A DNA stretch of 64,000 bases from Pecten maximus. Its lineage: Eukaryota. The stretch is from NCBI RefSeq assembly GCF_902652985.1, contig NC_047033.1:5518001-5582000 (forward strand), given 5' to 3'. The position numbers and the translations under genes were made by a program. Of the stretch, positions 27,709-39,218 are shown piece after piece (position 1 is the first letter of the stretch; each line of letters opens with the position of its first letter). Under the pieces are notes generated by a model. It ran no database searches. It was not told where the DNA came from and worked only from the letters and a program-made list of their open reading frames with translations.

Positions 27709-28575
27709 TGTGGCACCCTGTTAATTTTGGTCATTTTAACTGAATTACTTTTATAATTGCTCGTTGTGTTGTATTTGTGCTGTTCGTATCCTACGTCGTG
27801 TTTATTTGTCTGTTAGGTAAATGTTCTGTACTCGTCGTGTGATTGTCACGTCGTGCGTATCCTATGATGTGTTACAGGTAGCCGTCAGTTATGGACCGAG
27901 ACCACAATTAGCTTCGCTATATCTTTCATTGTAATATCAAAATTCATAATAAATTCCCAAAATCTCAAATGCAACTTTCCATCTCACCTGGCCAAGACCA
28001 ACATCTGAGAAGCAAAATATAAAAGTTTCAACCCAGCATGTTGGGCATTTTCTGGAGATAGCTGTCAAAATGTGTCACCAACGTGGATTATATACATCCG
28101 GGTCAGGGGTAGAGGTCAAATCAGGACTCATCACACAGGGTCCTGGAGCACATAATAAATGATCAATATTATTATTTTACATCACAAAACCTAGAGATCT
28201 TTACTATAAATCCACATTAAATTCATCAACAAAAATCAAGTTCAAAGAGGTATTTGATTTGTTTTCCTAAAATACATACATTTTTGAGGGGACTTCATTC
28301 GTGGGGCCTGAACCCGGAAGTACTTAATTGTGGTCTCAGTCCTATTATGTGCTTTGTATGTGTGGTTCGTGAGTGTCCGGAGAGTATGTTCGTGTGATGT
28401 ATGTTTGTAATAAACTGGTTTGACCACTGACGGACAGGACATGCGCATTGCGTTTCTTCTTCTTTCTTTCTATCCCTTTTTGGCGCTCTTTCCCCAGTTC
28501 CACTCTGTACATTGGTCAGAGAAGACGCTTTATGCCAATTTTCCATACATTTGTAAATACGTCCTGGGCACCACA
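27709..28575 (+). repeat. Gypsy 3' LTR interrupted by a MITE
   Basis: Starts TGTGGCACCC after the PPT and ends GGGCACCACA (TG..CA, imperfect inverted termini). AATAAA near 28409. Confidence 0.8.
27892..28344 (+). mobile_element. ~450-bp TIR MITE, copy 1, inside the Gypsy LTR
   Basis: TIR GGACYGAGACCACAATTA at both ends; a second, inverted copy lies at 31086-39765. TSD ambiguous. Confidence 0.88.
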
Positions 28576-29569
28576 TGCCAAGTAAGTAGTGAAATTGTTA
28601 TTATTAATTATTATTATCTATTAATTCATTATCTACTGTGTTAGATGTGATCGGTATTTCCACCGACGTTTATAATTCCAAATTAAGTTAACTTGTATTG
28701 TATCAGTAAAGTTCGTCCCGTGGATGATCTACTCAAATCAGTTATCTATCTATATTTTAAAAGCATAGCCTAATAATTTTAACTCAAAATACGTGGCCTG
28801 AATGTGGTCTAATCTGAGTATGTGTAATTTTAACTGTTTTAAAAGCACGCGCTGTTGTTATAAAGTTGGGCGCGTTAGTTTCGAATGTACATGTATGCAC
28901 ATGTATATTGACAATAGCTATTTGCTTGATTGCAGGGACCTTTCTACCTGTACCTATTCGATACGTGAAAAATAAACATGTGAACAGAAGCTCCTGCCGT
29001 CCATTATCTTTTGCCAAGGCCCCTCCCAACTGAAATCCCGACTTTGTCACATAAGTAATCTCATCTACCTGTAAAATTGTCTGCCCTCCCCATCTTCAAA
29101 CGAAAGCGGATGTCACTGATTCTAGGGCAATCAAGCTTACGCAATGCGATTAGAAAGACAAGGTATGCATTAATGACATGCTTATTTATTTATTCTATTT
29201 TATTTTATTTTTATTTATTTTTTATATATAGTTTTTGTTTGTGTTTCAAATGAGACTTGTCTGAAGGAGGTTAAGAAATCGGGAAATTGTAAACGTAGAA
29301 TAAATGAGGCTAGAGCCAGAACAATAAGTTTGTAAACTTTAAGACGGAATCATCACGTAATTTAAATCATGCTTGAGTGATAAATTACGTCATCAATTGG
29401 CATTTCTATCATGACGATGAATTTCGAAAAATATGAACTACACTTGTACATATAATCCCAGAACTTCTTTTCGATGCCAGCTTTTTGAATCATTAAACGT
29501 TCTCAAAGAGAGCTCACTGATATATGTATGTATATCTTTACTATAGAGTAGTGTTTTGGAAAATCGAAG

Positions 29570-29738
29570 ACTGTGTCGAGATTGCGAAACTCATGTGGGA
29601 TAGTTGCCTGGTACGGACCGTTGACCGGTATTTTTTTCTCTGGGTGCTCCGGCCTTCCTCCCCTTTCAAAACTAGGCACGCCCTTAAATGACACTGGCTG
29701 TTCATAGAACGTTAAACAAAATAAACCAAATAAGCCAA
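29570..29738 (+). mobile_element. V-domain SINE, 5'-truncated and diverged
   Basis: TTTCTCTGGGTGCTCCGGCCTTCCTCC and 3' end AACGTTAAACAAAATAAACC; homologous to 62398-62620. Confidence 0.8.
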
Positions 29739-29754
29739 AGAATTCGAAGAGGCA

Positions 29755-30255
29755 ATGACAACAGCAGCAATACAGATAGCCGAGGATCAGATTGCGTGTA
29801 CAATATGTAGCAATACCTTCAAGAAACCAAAAACACGTCCATGCATTTAGACCTTCTATAAAAAAGTGTTCGTACATTAAAAACCGAGAAAAAACAATAT
29901 GGAGACAAAAGGAATGTATTTGCTCTGCCTGCCGACGTCCTGTTGCCGTTCCTACAAAATCTTAAAAAATAACCCGGAAGCATGGGCAGATTTTCTGTGT
30001 AAAACTGACATGCATCCGGCACCCTATGATGCAGTATTACTTTCGTCCTCTCAATCAAGATCACGTAATGGTATCCAAATGTGGATAATTACAAGACAGT
30101 TTCGTTGAAGATGGCGAACGTTGGATGGTTGTGTTAGAGGAATCATTCACGCGAACTAGATTTACTTGCATCAAGTTGGCTTCATCATAAGAATGCGTTC
30201 CTATCGGACCAAACTTACCCTGCACCGTACATCAGACGTAAAGATTCTTACGGGT
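29755..30255 (+). pseudogene. Disabled, internally deleted paralog of the TRIM gene at 10491
   Basis: MTTAAIQIAEDQIACTIC..PCI* matches MATAIIQTAEDQITCTIC. NPEAWAD is joined to FLCKTDMHPAPYD, followed by WMVVLEES and DQTYP matches. Stops and frameshifts. Confidence 0.88.
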
Positions 30256-32448
30256 CAATTCTAAAAGTTAGTGTATGAAGGAAACGATGTTTTCGTGTAA
30301 AAAGTATTCAAAAACACAAAAGACCATACCAAGATTCAAACAGATATTACGAAAATCCAAATCTAGCTGAGGAGGTACAGGTGTATAATTTCAATATGCA
30401 TGTATCTCACAATTTACCACCTGCAATATCAAAAGATTAGTTTAAACTCTGTTTTATTTGTCAATTTCCATTTAACAATATGTAGACAATTATATAAACT
30501 ATACAAAAAGGAATCAGAAACAAGTGTCAAGACTCTGAAATAAATCTGACACCATCTGGATTGATTGCGCATGCGTGTGGCAAGATGGACGTGGATTTTC
30601 TTCAGGTGTGACAACTATTTGATATATTTTATATTCCGGGCATTTATGTGGTCATATACAGTGTGGATTATTTGTCTATACATGATTATTACTCATGGGG
30701 AAAAACGCACAGTCCAAAAAGAAGAAAAGGAAGGACGGTTCGGGAGTTACACTGCCTAGTAAATTGCAGGTAACGTCCACATCACCTCAGCACGACAATA
30801 TGGCGACACCGTACATGCACGCGCCTATAGACTCCACTGGCGCCGCGACGCCTAACAACTATGCGGTGTCGCATTTGAACAAATGGAAAAAACTATGCTT
30901 GAAATGAAAACAGAAATTGAAACACTGAAGGATACCGTTATGAAACAAGATAAACTTTTACAAAAACAAGAGTGTCACCACTATGACGTTGAAAATAGAA
31001 TAGTGCAATTGGAACAAGCAAATGAAAACTTAGAACATGAAAATTTCACTCTAAATGAAGAAAGACTTAAACAACAGACACATAATAGGACTGAGACCAC
31101 AATTAAGTACTTCCGGGTTCAGGCCCCATGAATAAAGTCCCCTCAGAAATGTATGTATTTCATGGAAATAAATCAAATGCCTGTTTGAACTTGATTTTTG
31201 TCTATGAATTTATAGTAGCGATGTCAATCTATGTTTTGTGATGTAAAATATTAATATTGATCATGTATTTTGTGCGCCAGGGTCCTGTGTGAAAAGTCCT
31301 GATTTGACCTCTACCCCTGACCCGGATGTATATAATCCACGTTGGTGACACATTTTGACAGCTACATTTTTGTATCTCCAGAAAATGCCCAACATGCTGG
31401 GTTGAAACTTTTATATTTTGCTTCTCAGATGTTGATTCACACATCATTTCATTCATTTCACAACCACCTGACCCCCGGGCTGTCCACACGTTCCCTTGAC
31501 CTCTCCCGTAGAAGTAGTTAGAATAGTGTCGACAGCTGTTTTAGTGTTAGGATATAGATAGTAATCCCCAGTGTGATTTCTTTTTGTGGATATTTAGTGC
31601 GATAGTGTGATATTCTTGGATTATACTGTGTGTTGTGCATCCTGGCCGAGAACAGAATAGTCACCGAAATTCCAGAGAAGTCCTGCTGAAAAGTTAAGTT
31701 CTTTAGTTGTAGTTTATCAGATAGTGTTATCAGATAATTTATTTTACAGCAGCAGGACTAATTTCCTACATACAATAAGTATCGGCCTTTAATTAAGCCA
31801 TATTCCCGCAACAGTAGATATATTATTTTGATTTACTTTAGGCATATCTATTAGCGAACCAAATTTCATTACATTAAGCAATCATCTAATTTAAATTTTT
31901 TGTTTTTGTTTTCCTCTCATTTTTAATTCAGTCAGATTGTTTTTGGAAAAGCTCTATTTCAGTTAAAATTTTAAGTAATTTTTAAGTATATACTGAACTG
32001 AGTTTTACAATAGTATCCATCTATCGATCCGTAGGAGCTAAAGTATTTAATAAGCACACATAAGTATAACCCACTATCAAAATTTTTATTATCATTATCT
32101 TTACCTTTTTAATTTCTTTTTACTACCCATTTTAATATAATTCCTATCTATTTTCTTTTAAAAAAATTCTATCTTGCCTTCTCCTTCATGTTTTAAGACC
32201 TCTTTATAAATTGTCACTTAATCCCCTAACAATAGAAATACCTTCTCTCAGGTAGGTTCTATTGTTTATATCTGGCCAGGTATCTCACCTTCACGCCTGA
32301 CCGACCCCACGCTTATCTGTACCGGACACCTGTCCACGCTCTCGATCTATATCCCGCCATCTATCACTTTTCAACTTTCTATAAGAGTTACCTCCCCTAG
32401 AACAGGTAAACTCTTTCTTTCTACTTTAGAATAATTACAAAGTTTTCA

Positions 32449-33645
32449 ATGGCCCCAGCCCCATCCATCTCTAACCCTGCGGTGGTTATCCTCTCCCCTA
32501 AAGAGAGGAAGCCACTAAATGCAGGACGTGTACGTGGAGATATCTCCGCGTTCACGGGCGTCACTAGTGACGTCAGAGATATACGGATGTTGCCATCAGG
32601 CATTATCCTAATTCTCTGCGCCACCTTAGTGACGCTCAAGAAGGCGCTACTTGTAAACCAAGTAGACGGTACCCCCTGTACCGCGCGGCTATCTAAGCGG
32701 CCCTTCAATGCCCCTCCCAAGCCCCGAGCCAACCTCCGTAACGTGTCCCCCACCTCCAAAGGGGTTATATACCGCATCCCTTTAACTACACCAACAACAA
32801 ACCTCACGTCAATTAATAATGTAAAAAATGCAAGTAGGATGTACAATAAAACAAACAAAAACACAACATCAATCTTGCTAGAATTTAATTCTTCCACACT
32901 ACCAAGGAAAGTAGTTTTCAATCAAATTACATACCCTGTTACAAGATTTAACGCTCCACGAACACAACAACAACACCGACAAAAACAAACCAAAACAAGC
33001 ACAGGCCCTGAGACACACATCAAACCCTCCTACACTAATACGACAAATACGTCACTATACTCCGACATTGTCAGAAACAAACACACAGAAACCACCAAAA
33101 CACAACCCAAACACACAGGTGTATATGTCACGGCAGAATTTTTAGGAAATTTTTTACTTATAGCCCGTGACACACACATAACAGATAGGGAAGCAATCCA
33201 CAAGGTTCGTGACCTCATCAACAAACAAAATGGACACGTGATCGCAGACAGTACACCCATCAACACACCAACACAATCTACACCCAAAACAACACAAACA
33301 ACACCAACAACACAGCCTTCACCACCAACAACACCGATCCTATTCACACAAACAACACCACAAACACAAACAACATCAACAGAAACACAAACAGAAACAC
33401 CGTCAGAACATTTCATACACCTACTTGACAGTTCCGAGGAGCTAGACAGCTCAACTATATCCAAACCCAGAACACCAAGAACACCGGTAGGTATGGGTCG
33501 GTACAAAACACTACAAACAGACAAGACCCCCACAAACAAACAACAAACACCCTCACGACCAAACACAAGATCAAGGGCCAAACAAACAAACACGCCAACA
33601 AGAACAGGACACAGCAAACGCAAACTACAGTACAGAAAATACTAG
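32449..33645 (+). CDS. LINE ORF1 protein, 398 aa, Thr/Pro/Gln-rich C-half
   Basis: Open ORF directly upstream of ORF2. KGVIYRIPL..SILLEF..LPRKV..YPV resembles the pre-zinc-knuckle region of I/Jockey ORF1. Confidence 0.8.
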   Translation: MAPAPSISNPAVVILSPKERKPLNAGRVRGDISAFTGVTSDVRDIRMLPSGIILILCATLVTLKKALLVNQVDGTPCTARLSKRPFNAPPKPRANLRNVSPTSKGVIYRIPLTTPTTNLTSINNVKNASRMYNKTNKNTTSILLEFNSSTLPRKVVFNQITYPVTRFNAPRTQQQHRQKQTKTSTGPETHIKPSYTNTTNTSLYSDIVRNKHTETTKTQPKHTGVYVTAEFLGNFLLIARDTHITDREAIHKVRDLINKQNGHVIADSTPINTPTQSTPKTTQTTPTTQPSPPTTPILFTQTTPQTQTTSTETQTETPSEHFIHLLDSSEELDSSTISKPRTPRTPVGMGRYKTLQTDKTPTNKQQTPSRPNTRSRAKQTNTPTRTGHSKRKLQYRKY

Positions 33646-33726
33646 AAGCCACATAGATCACCAAAACAAACTTAGACGCCCTTCACATTCAATAAAGTCC
33701 TAAATGACCAGTCCGGCCTCACTGTT

Positions 33727-36700
33727 ATGCATTGGAATGCAGGAGGTCTCAGGCCCAAAATTTCAGAATTAAAATCCTTCCTTAATGACAATTCCCCGGA
33801 TATTCTTTGTATTCAGGAAACTCAACTGAAACAAAAACACAAAAGTTTAAAAATTAATGGTTACAACACTCCTTTTAGGTACGATTCGGACCAAGGTTTG
33901 GCCATTTATGTAAAAAGCGGAATTGCCTACAAAGAGTATGAAATCAAAGATAAAGATCTTGTGGCTCTTGGTATAGAATTACACAACAAGTCACACAAAA
34001 CAATCATACTCAACATATACCTCTCACCAACAAAACCAATACCATTTAACTCTCTGGTTAACCTTATAGAAAACACTGACACAAACAACATTATAGTTAC
34101 CGGAGATTTTAATGGACACCATACACTTTGGGGGAGCAACAAAAACAACAAACGAGGGGACACTATATATGAATGGGCAGTTCAGACTGGTCTAACCATA
34201 CTAAACGAGGGTAAACCAACTAGAGTAGACATAGCTCGAGGTATCGAATCACATCTAGATATAACATTAGCAACACCAAACTTAGCGAGTAAATGTAGCT
34301 ACTGGAATACCCTTGATAGCACTCTAGGATCAGACCACTATCCAGTTTTGGCTCAATTCGATTTTAAACCACATGTTAATACTATTCAGTATCCCCCTAG
34401 ATGGGTTTTTAATAAAGCGAATTGGAATCAATTTAATCTTTTAACCGAAAACATCCAAATTGATGAAATTTATGATGAAAATGTAGATATTTTCAATGAT
34501 AATCTAACAAGAGCTATTTTAGACCTAGCATCAGTATGTATCCCTAGAACGTCAGGAAAGCCAAAAACTAGGAAAAATAATCCATGGTGGAACGATGAGT
34601 GTAGGTTAGCAAAGAAACTAAAAAAGAATAGTGAAAGTAAATGGAGGGCAAACAAAAATAACGAAACGCTAAAAGCAAATTATGTCAGATGTAAAACAAA
34701 TTTTAATAACATTATTCAAAACGTCAAACGAAATCATTGGGAAGAGTTTTGTTCATCATTAAATAATAAAACAAATCTAAAAAATGTATGGTCAAAGGTC
34801 AAAGCTATTCAGGGAATAAATAGAACTGAAATCCCTATATTAGGTAAAAACAACATTACCGATAAGGAAAAGGCTGATACTCTAGCTAAACAATATCAGA
34901 GCGCTAGCAGTAATGATAACTTAACTCCTGAATTTAAATTAAATAAAGCTAACAATCAGGATAACATAGACGACGTTATAAGTAACCCCGGCCCCAATAC
35001 AGGTGAGCTGAACTGTCCCATTTACAATCACAGAATACAACAATGCACTTCAGAACAAGAAAAACACATCTCCAGGAGATGACAACATTTCATACACCAT
35101 CCTCAAACACTGTACAAACAACATAACAGAAATAATACTTAAACTCTTAAACCACATATGGCAACAGGGAACTATACCTGAGGCGTGGAAAAAGGCCGTA
35201 GTTATACCTATACTAAAACCAGGTAAAAATCCGCAGGAACCTGCATCATATAGGCCCATAGCATTAACTTCTCACCTCTGTAAAGTAATGGAAACTATGG
35301 TAAATAACAGGCTAGTATATTCACTTGAAAGCTCAGGTATCATCAACGAGGAACAGAGCGGGTTCCGTAAAGGTAGATCTACGCTAGACCCCCTTCTTAG
35401 ACTCACCTCAGATATTAAAAAAGGTTTGAACCTAAAACGAAGTACACTAGCTGTCTTTTTAGATCTAGAAAAAGCATATGATCTTATTTGGCATGATGGT
35501 CTTTTAGTATCACTTAAAAATCATGGTATAACTGGTAACATATTTAAATTCGTAAGCAGTTTCCTGAAAAAACGTAAGATCCAGGTTAGAATTCATGACA
35601 CGTTATCAGATCAATATGAACTAGAAAACGGTGTAGCACAGGGTAGTGTAATATCCCCTACTCTTTTTAATATCTACATTAATACTCTGTCACAAACGCT
35701 CCACAATAAAACCAAGTTAGCACAATTTGCAGATGACGGATGTATTTGGAGTACAGGTAAAAACATTAGATATTTAACCAAACATATCCAGACAACGTTG
35801 ACAGCAATTAATGAGTGGGCTAATAAGTGGGGGTTTAAACCATCTAAACAGAAAACAATAGCAATGTATTTCTCTAAAAGTAAGAAACTTCCTGAACTAT
35901 ACCTAGGACAAACTAAACTAAAATTTGAGAAACAAGTTAGGTATTTAGGCATGATAATAGATCATAAACTAACTTGGAGTAAACATATTAAATATGTTAA
36001 GGAGACATGCCAAAAGGCAATAAACACTATGAGATATATTTCAGGATGTAAATTTGGCGCCAATAAAACTACACAATTAATGCTATATAAAGCGTTAGTT
36101 AGATCTAGGCTAGATTATGGGTGCCAGGTATATAATACAGCTAGCGACACAGTACTAAAACATCTAGATGTAATTCAACATTCAGCCTTAAGAGTAGCGC
36201 TAAGGGCAATCAAAAACACCAATACCAACAGTTTATTAGCAGAGGCAGGTGAACCCCCCTTAACTCTCAGGCGAGAAAATCTTACATTAAAATACTGGGC
36301 TAGGACACAAAGTCATGGTGATAAATTTCTCCTAAATAAAGAAATAAAAGATAGTGAACATCCCGTCAATAACAACAGGGCTCCATATCCATCAGAAATA
36401 ATTAGACTAAAACAAAAGTATGGTTTAGACAGCGTTAAAATATCCCGCAAACAAGATTTCCAAGTCCCGTGGTTAAAAACAGACCCTAATGTATCGCTAG
36501 ACCTCCTAAAGATGATAGATAAACAAAACGACCCGATAGGCGCTAAAAACCTAGCATTAGAACTGATAGATCGAAAATACAATAACTTTACTAAATTCTA
36601 TACTGACGGCTCAAAAAATCCAGACAGTAACCGTGTAGGTTTAGGAATATATAACAACACCTATAAAGTTAAAAAGTCATTACGGTTAAGCGATAGAGCA

Positions 36701-37462
36701 TCGGTTTATACAGCAGAGCTTATGGCCATTCAAATTGCTTTGATAGGTGTAAAGAAAAATCACACTAAATTTGATAAAGTAGTAATTCTTTCGGATTCCC
36801 TTAGCTCCTTACAATCTCTAATAACTGGTAACAGCAGTAGGCCTAAACTACTTAATGCAATCCACTACATGATATCAGAGATTGATCAACTAGGTATAGA
36901 TCTTCAATTTGAATGGATCCCATCGCACGTAGATATACCAGGTAATGAGGTAGCAGATCAGTTAGCTAAAGAAGCCCTAGGGTCAAATGTCATCCATCTA
37001 AACATAGACCTGAGTGTCACAGAGGTCGTTAGTATAATCAATAATAAAACCCAATCGATATGGCAGGATAGTTGGTCGAAATTAACTAATAACTGGCTCA
37101 GAAACATCGAGGATAATGTCAAAATCAAAACTCAGTTATATAGTTATAATAAAACAGAGGATACTGTAATAACTAGACTTAGATTAGGATACACCAAGCT
37201 TGGTCATAACATCAATAGAATTAAGAAAGAAGTCAGTCCCTATTGTATAAACTGTGGCGAACCAGAAACAATAGAACATATCCTATTCGAATGCAGCGCC
37301 CATGATAACCATAGGTCAGACTTTAAAGACGAAATAGAAAATTTAGATAAAATCAAATTTGATACTAAGTCTATACTAAATCCTCCTAAACAACACATGA
37401 GACACATTTTCGATCTTCTCACTGCATATCTCACTGCTATTGATTATCTAGACAAGATCTAA
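33727..37462 (+). CDS. LINE ORF2 (APE endonuclease, RT, RNase H, C-terminal Zn finger) with one frameshift at ~35016
   Basis: WNAGGL, IQET, GDFNGH, SDH; DLEKAYD, QGSVISP, FADD; YTDGS, AELMAI, SDSLS, WIPSHVDIPGNEVAD; CINCGEPETIEHILFEC. Removing one base near TGTCCCA restores PFTITEYNNAL..SPGDD. Confidence 0.9.
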
Positions 37463-38075
37463 GATAGCGATACTTAACAACCATTTTTTACACACCTAAC
37501 ATTAACGTACGTTATCCCTGCAAAAACAACTCACTTTTTTCCCAGTTACACGGTTCTTTTTTTTTTCTCTCTCTCTCTCTCTCTCACTCTCTTTAACAAC
37601 AACACAATGCCCTTTTTTTTTTTTTTTTTTTAAACATTAGGATCCTCAGGATACCCAGGGAGACTGTTCCAGGGGGGATAACTACTGATCTCTCCATTAA
37701 TTGGGACATACTGAGACTCCAGGAGGTCTGGGGTCTCCTCCTCTGTGCCCCAACCCCCGTATGTCAGACGTCATATACTCAACAGGTGTCCACCCCGGGG
37801 TGTCTGAGGTATCTATCCTCCCTGTTCGAGCTATGTGGCGTTTGATACCACAACACATATTCCTAAAGGGTCACACAACAAACACACACGAACATGTGAC
37901 ACCACACATGTATATATTCCTCACTTTACTACCAACCCTTATAATAGATCCCACCCCTACTCTGCAGTAATGTCTGCCCCGGGGTGGTCCTAGGTTTATC
38001 ATCCCTGCTACGAGGAACGTACCTATTTTTATACTCAACACCACATTCACTGTAGGGATACGTACGTTTACAAAC

Positions 38076-38535
38076 ACACCAAACAAGCATACACCACGAT
38101 AGGACATAATGTGTATTGTACAGCTTCGCACCTCGTCAGGTGCACTTAGTAGTGAATGATCCGTACAAAAGCATTATAAACACTCACACCAAACAAAAAT
38201 ACAACACGCATACACCACGATAGGACATAATGTGTATTGTACAGCTTCTCACCTCGTCAGGTGCACTTAAGTGAATGATCTGTACAAAAGCATTATAAAC
38301 TCTCACACCAAACAAAAATACAACACGCATACACCACGATAGGAAATAATGTGTATTGTACAGCTTCTCACCTCGTCAGGTGCACTTAAGTGAATGATCT
38401 GTACAAAAGCATTATAAACACTCACACCAAACAAAGATACAACACTCATACACCACGATAGGAAATAATGCGTATTGTACAGCTTCTCACCTCGTCAGGT
38501 GCACTTAAGTGAATGATCTGTACAAAAGCATTATA
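38076..38535 (+). repeat. Four tandem ~119-121-bp structured repeats in the LINE 3' UTR
   Basis: ACACCACGAT recurs at 38091, 38212, 38331 and 38450. Each unit has a self-complementary core and an A/C-rich linker. Confidence 0.92.
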
Positions 38536-39218
38536 TATTCCCCAAACCACACAAAAAGCGCATCGCAACATATGAACATCTATACCATTCATACACAAAA
38601 TAGGTAACACAATTTGACATCAGATATCCACCTACTCTGCAGGTGTGTCTGCCCCGGAGTGGTCCGGGTTGTAGACCCCCTGTGACGAGGAACGTGGTAT
38701 CTACCTTCTAAAACATGTACCTAAATACACCAACACAAACCCCGAATATAGAGGTGGGGACCTCCCATGCCAATACCATCTGGCAACTCCCCTTTCTAAA
38801 CCCCCTTCCTCCCCTCCTATCTTTTCCTCTTACTTTTACTAATCGCTATCAAACTGTGCTTTATGTACATAGCACTGCTCCAGTAGGGTAGGCTTGTAGA
38901 TGATTATACACAGTAATCAACAGTCTCCCGAAAAACAGTCTTTGTATAATAACTCGCATTATCACATAATCCAAATTTCCTATACTTACCCAAACCCAGC
39001 ACTACCCCTCTATAATCACCCTATAACTACACTCTACATAACAAACTAGTCTGATCTATACCCTACCCCTTACCCATTCGAAAACACCATGGTTATAGCA
39101 ATACAAAATGGTGTCTAGAATTCCTACTATCAATAACAAAACTATATCCCACTAACAAACTACACCAAATTTTTCAAACCAATCTATACTCTATCTCACG
39201 CTATCTTCTACACTTCTT

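Larger units (their letters stand above)
22386..28575 (+). mobile_element. Gypsy/Ty3 LTR retrotransposon, 5'-truncated (no 5' LTR), disabled
   Basis: Order is gag zinc knuckle, protease, RT, RNase H, integrase. PPT-like AGGGGGGTGTA lies directly before the 3' LTR. Confidence 0.95.

Noticed and set aside
29985-30115. TRIM pseudogene as a spliced retrocopy
   Set aside because: The large deletion is not bounded by GT-AG and the small one is off by one base from a GT-AG product; no poly-A tail or TSD seen.
38105-38535. Hammerhead ribozyme on the minus strand (CTGACGA..GAA)
   Set aside because: The core reads GAAG not GAAA, stem I pairs poorly, and CTGACGA is sequestered in the CACCT/AGGTG hairpin.
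37944-38702. HDV-like or twister ribozyme for the bracketing motif
   Set aside because: TTCCTCGT on the minus strand resembles an HDV L3, but no consistent P1/P2/P3 nested pseudoknot could be built in both copies; the twister AAGC loop is absent.
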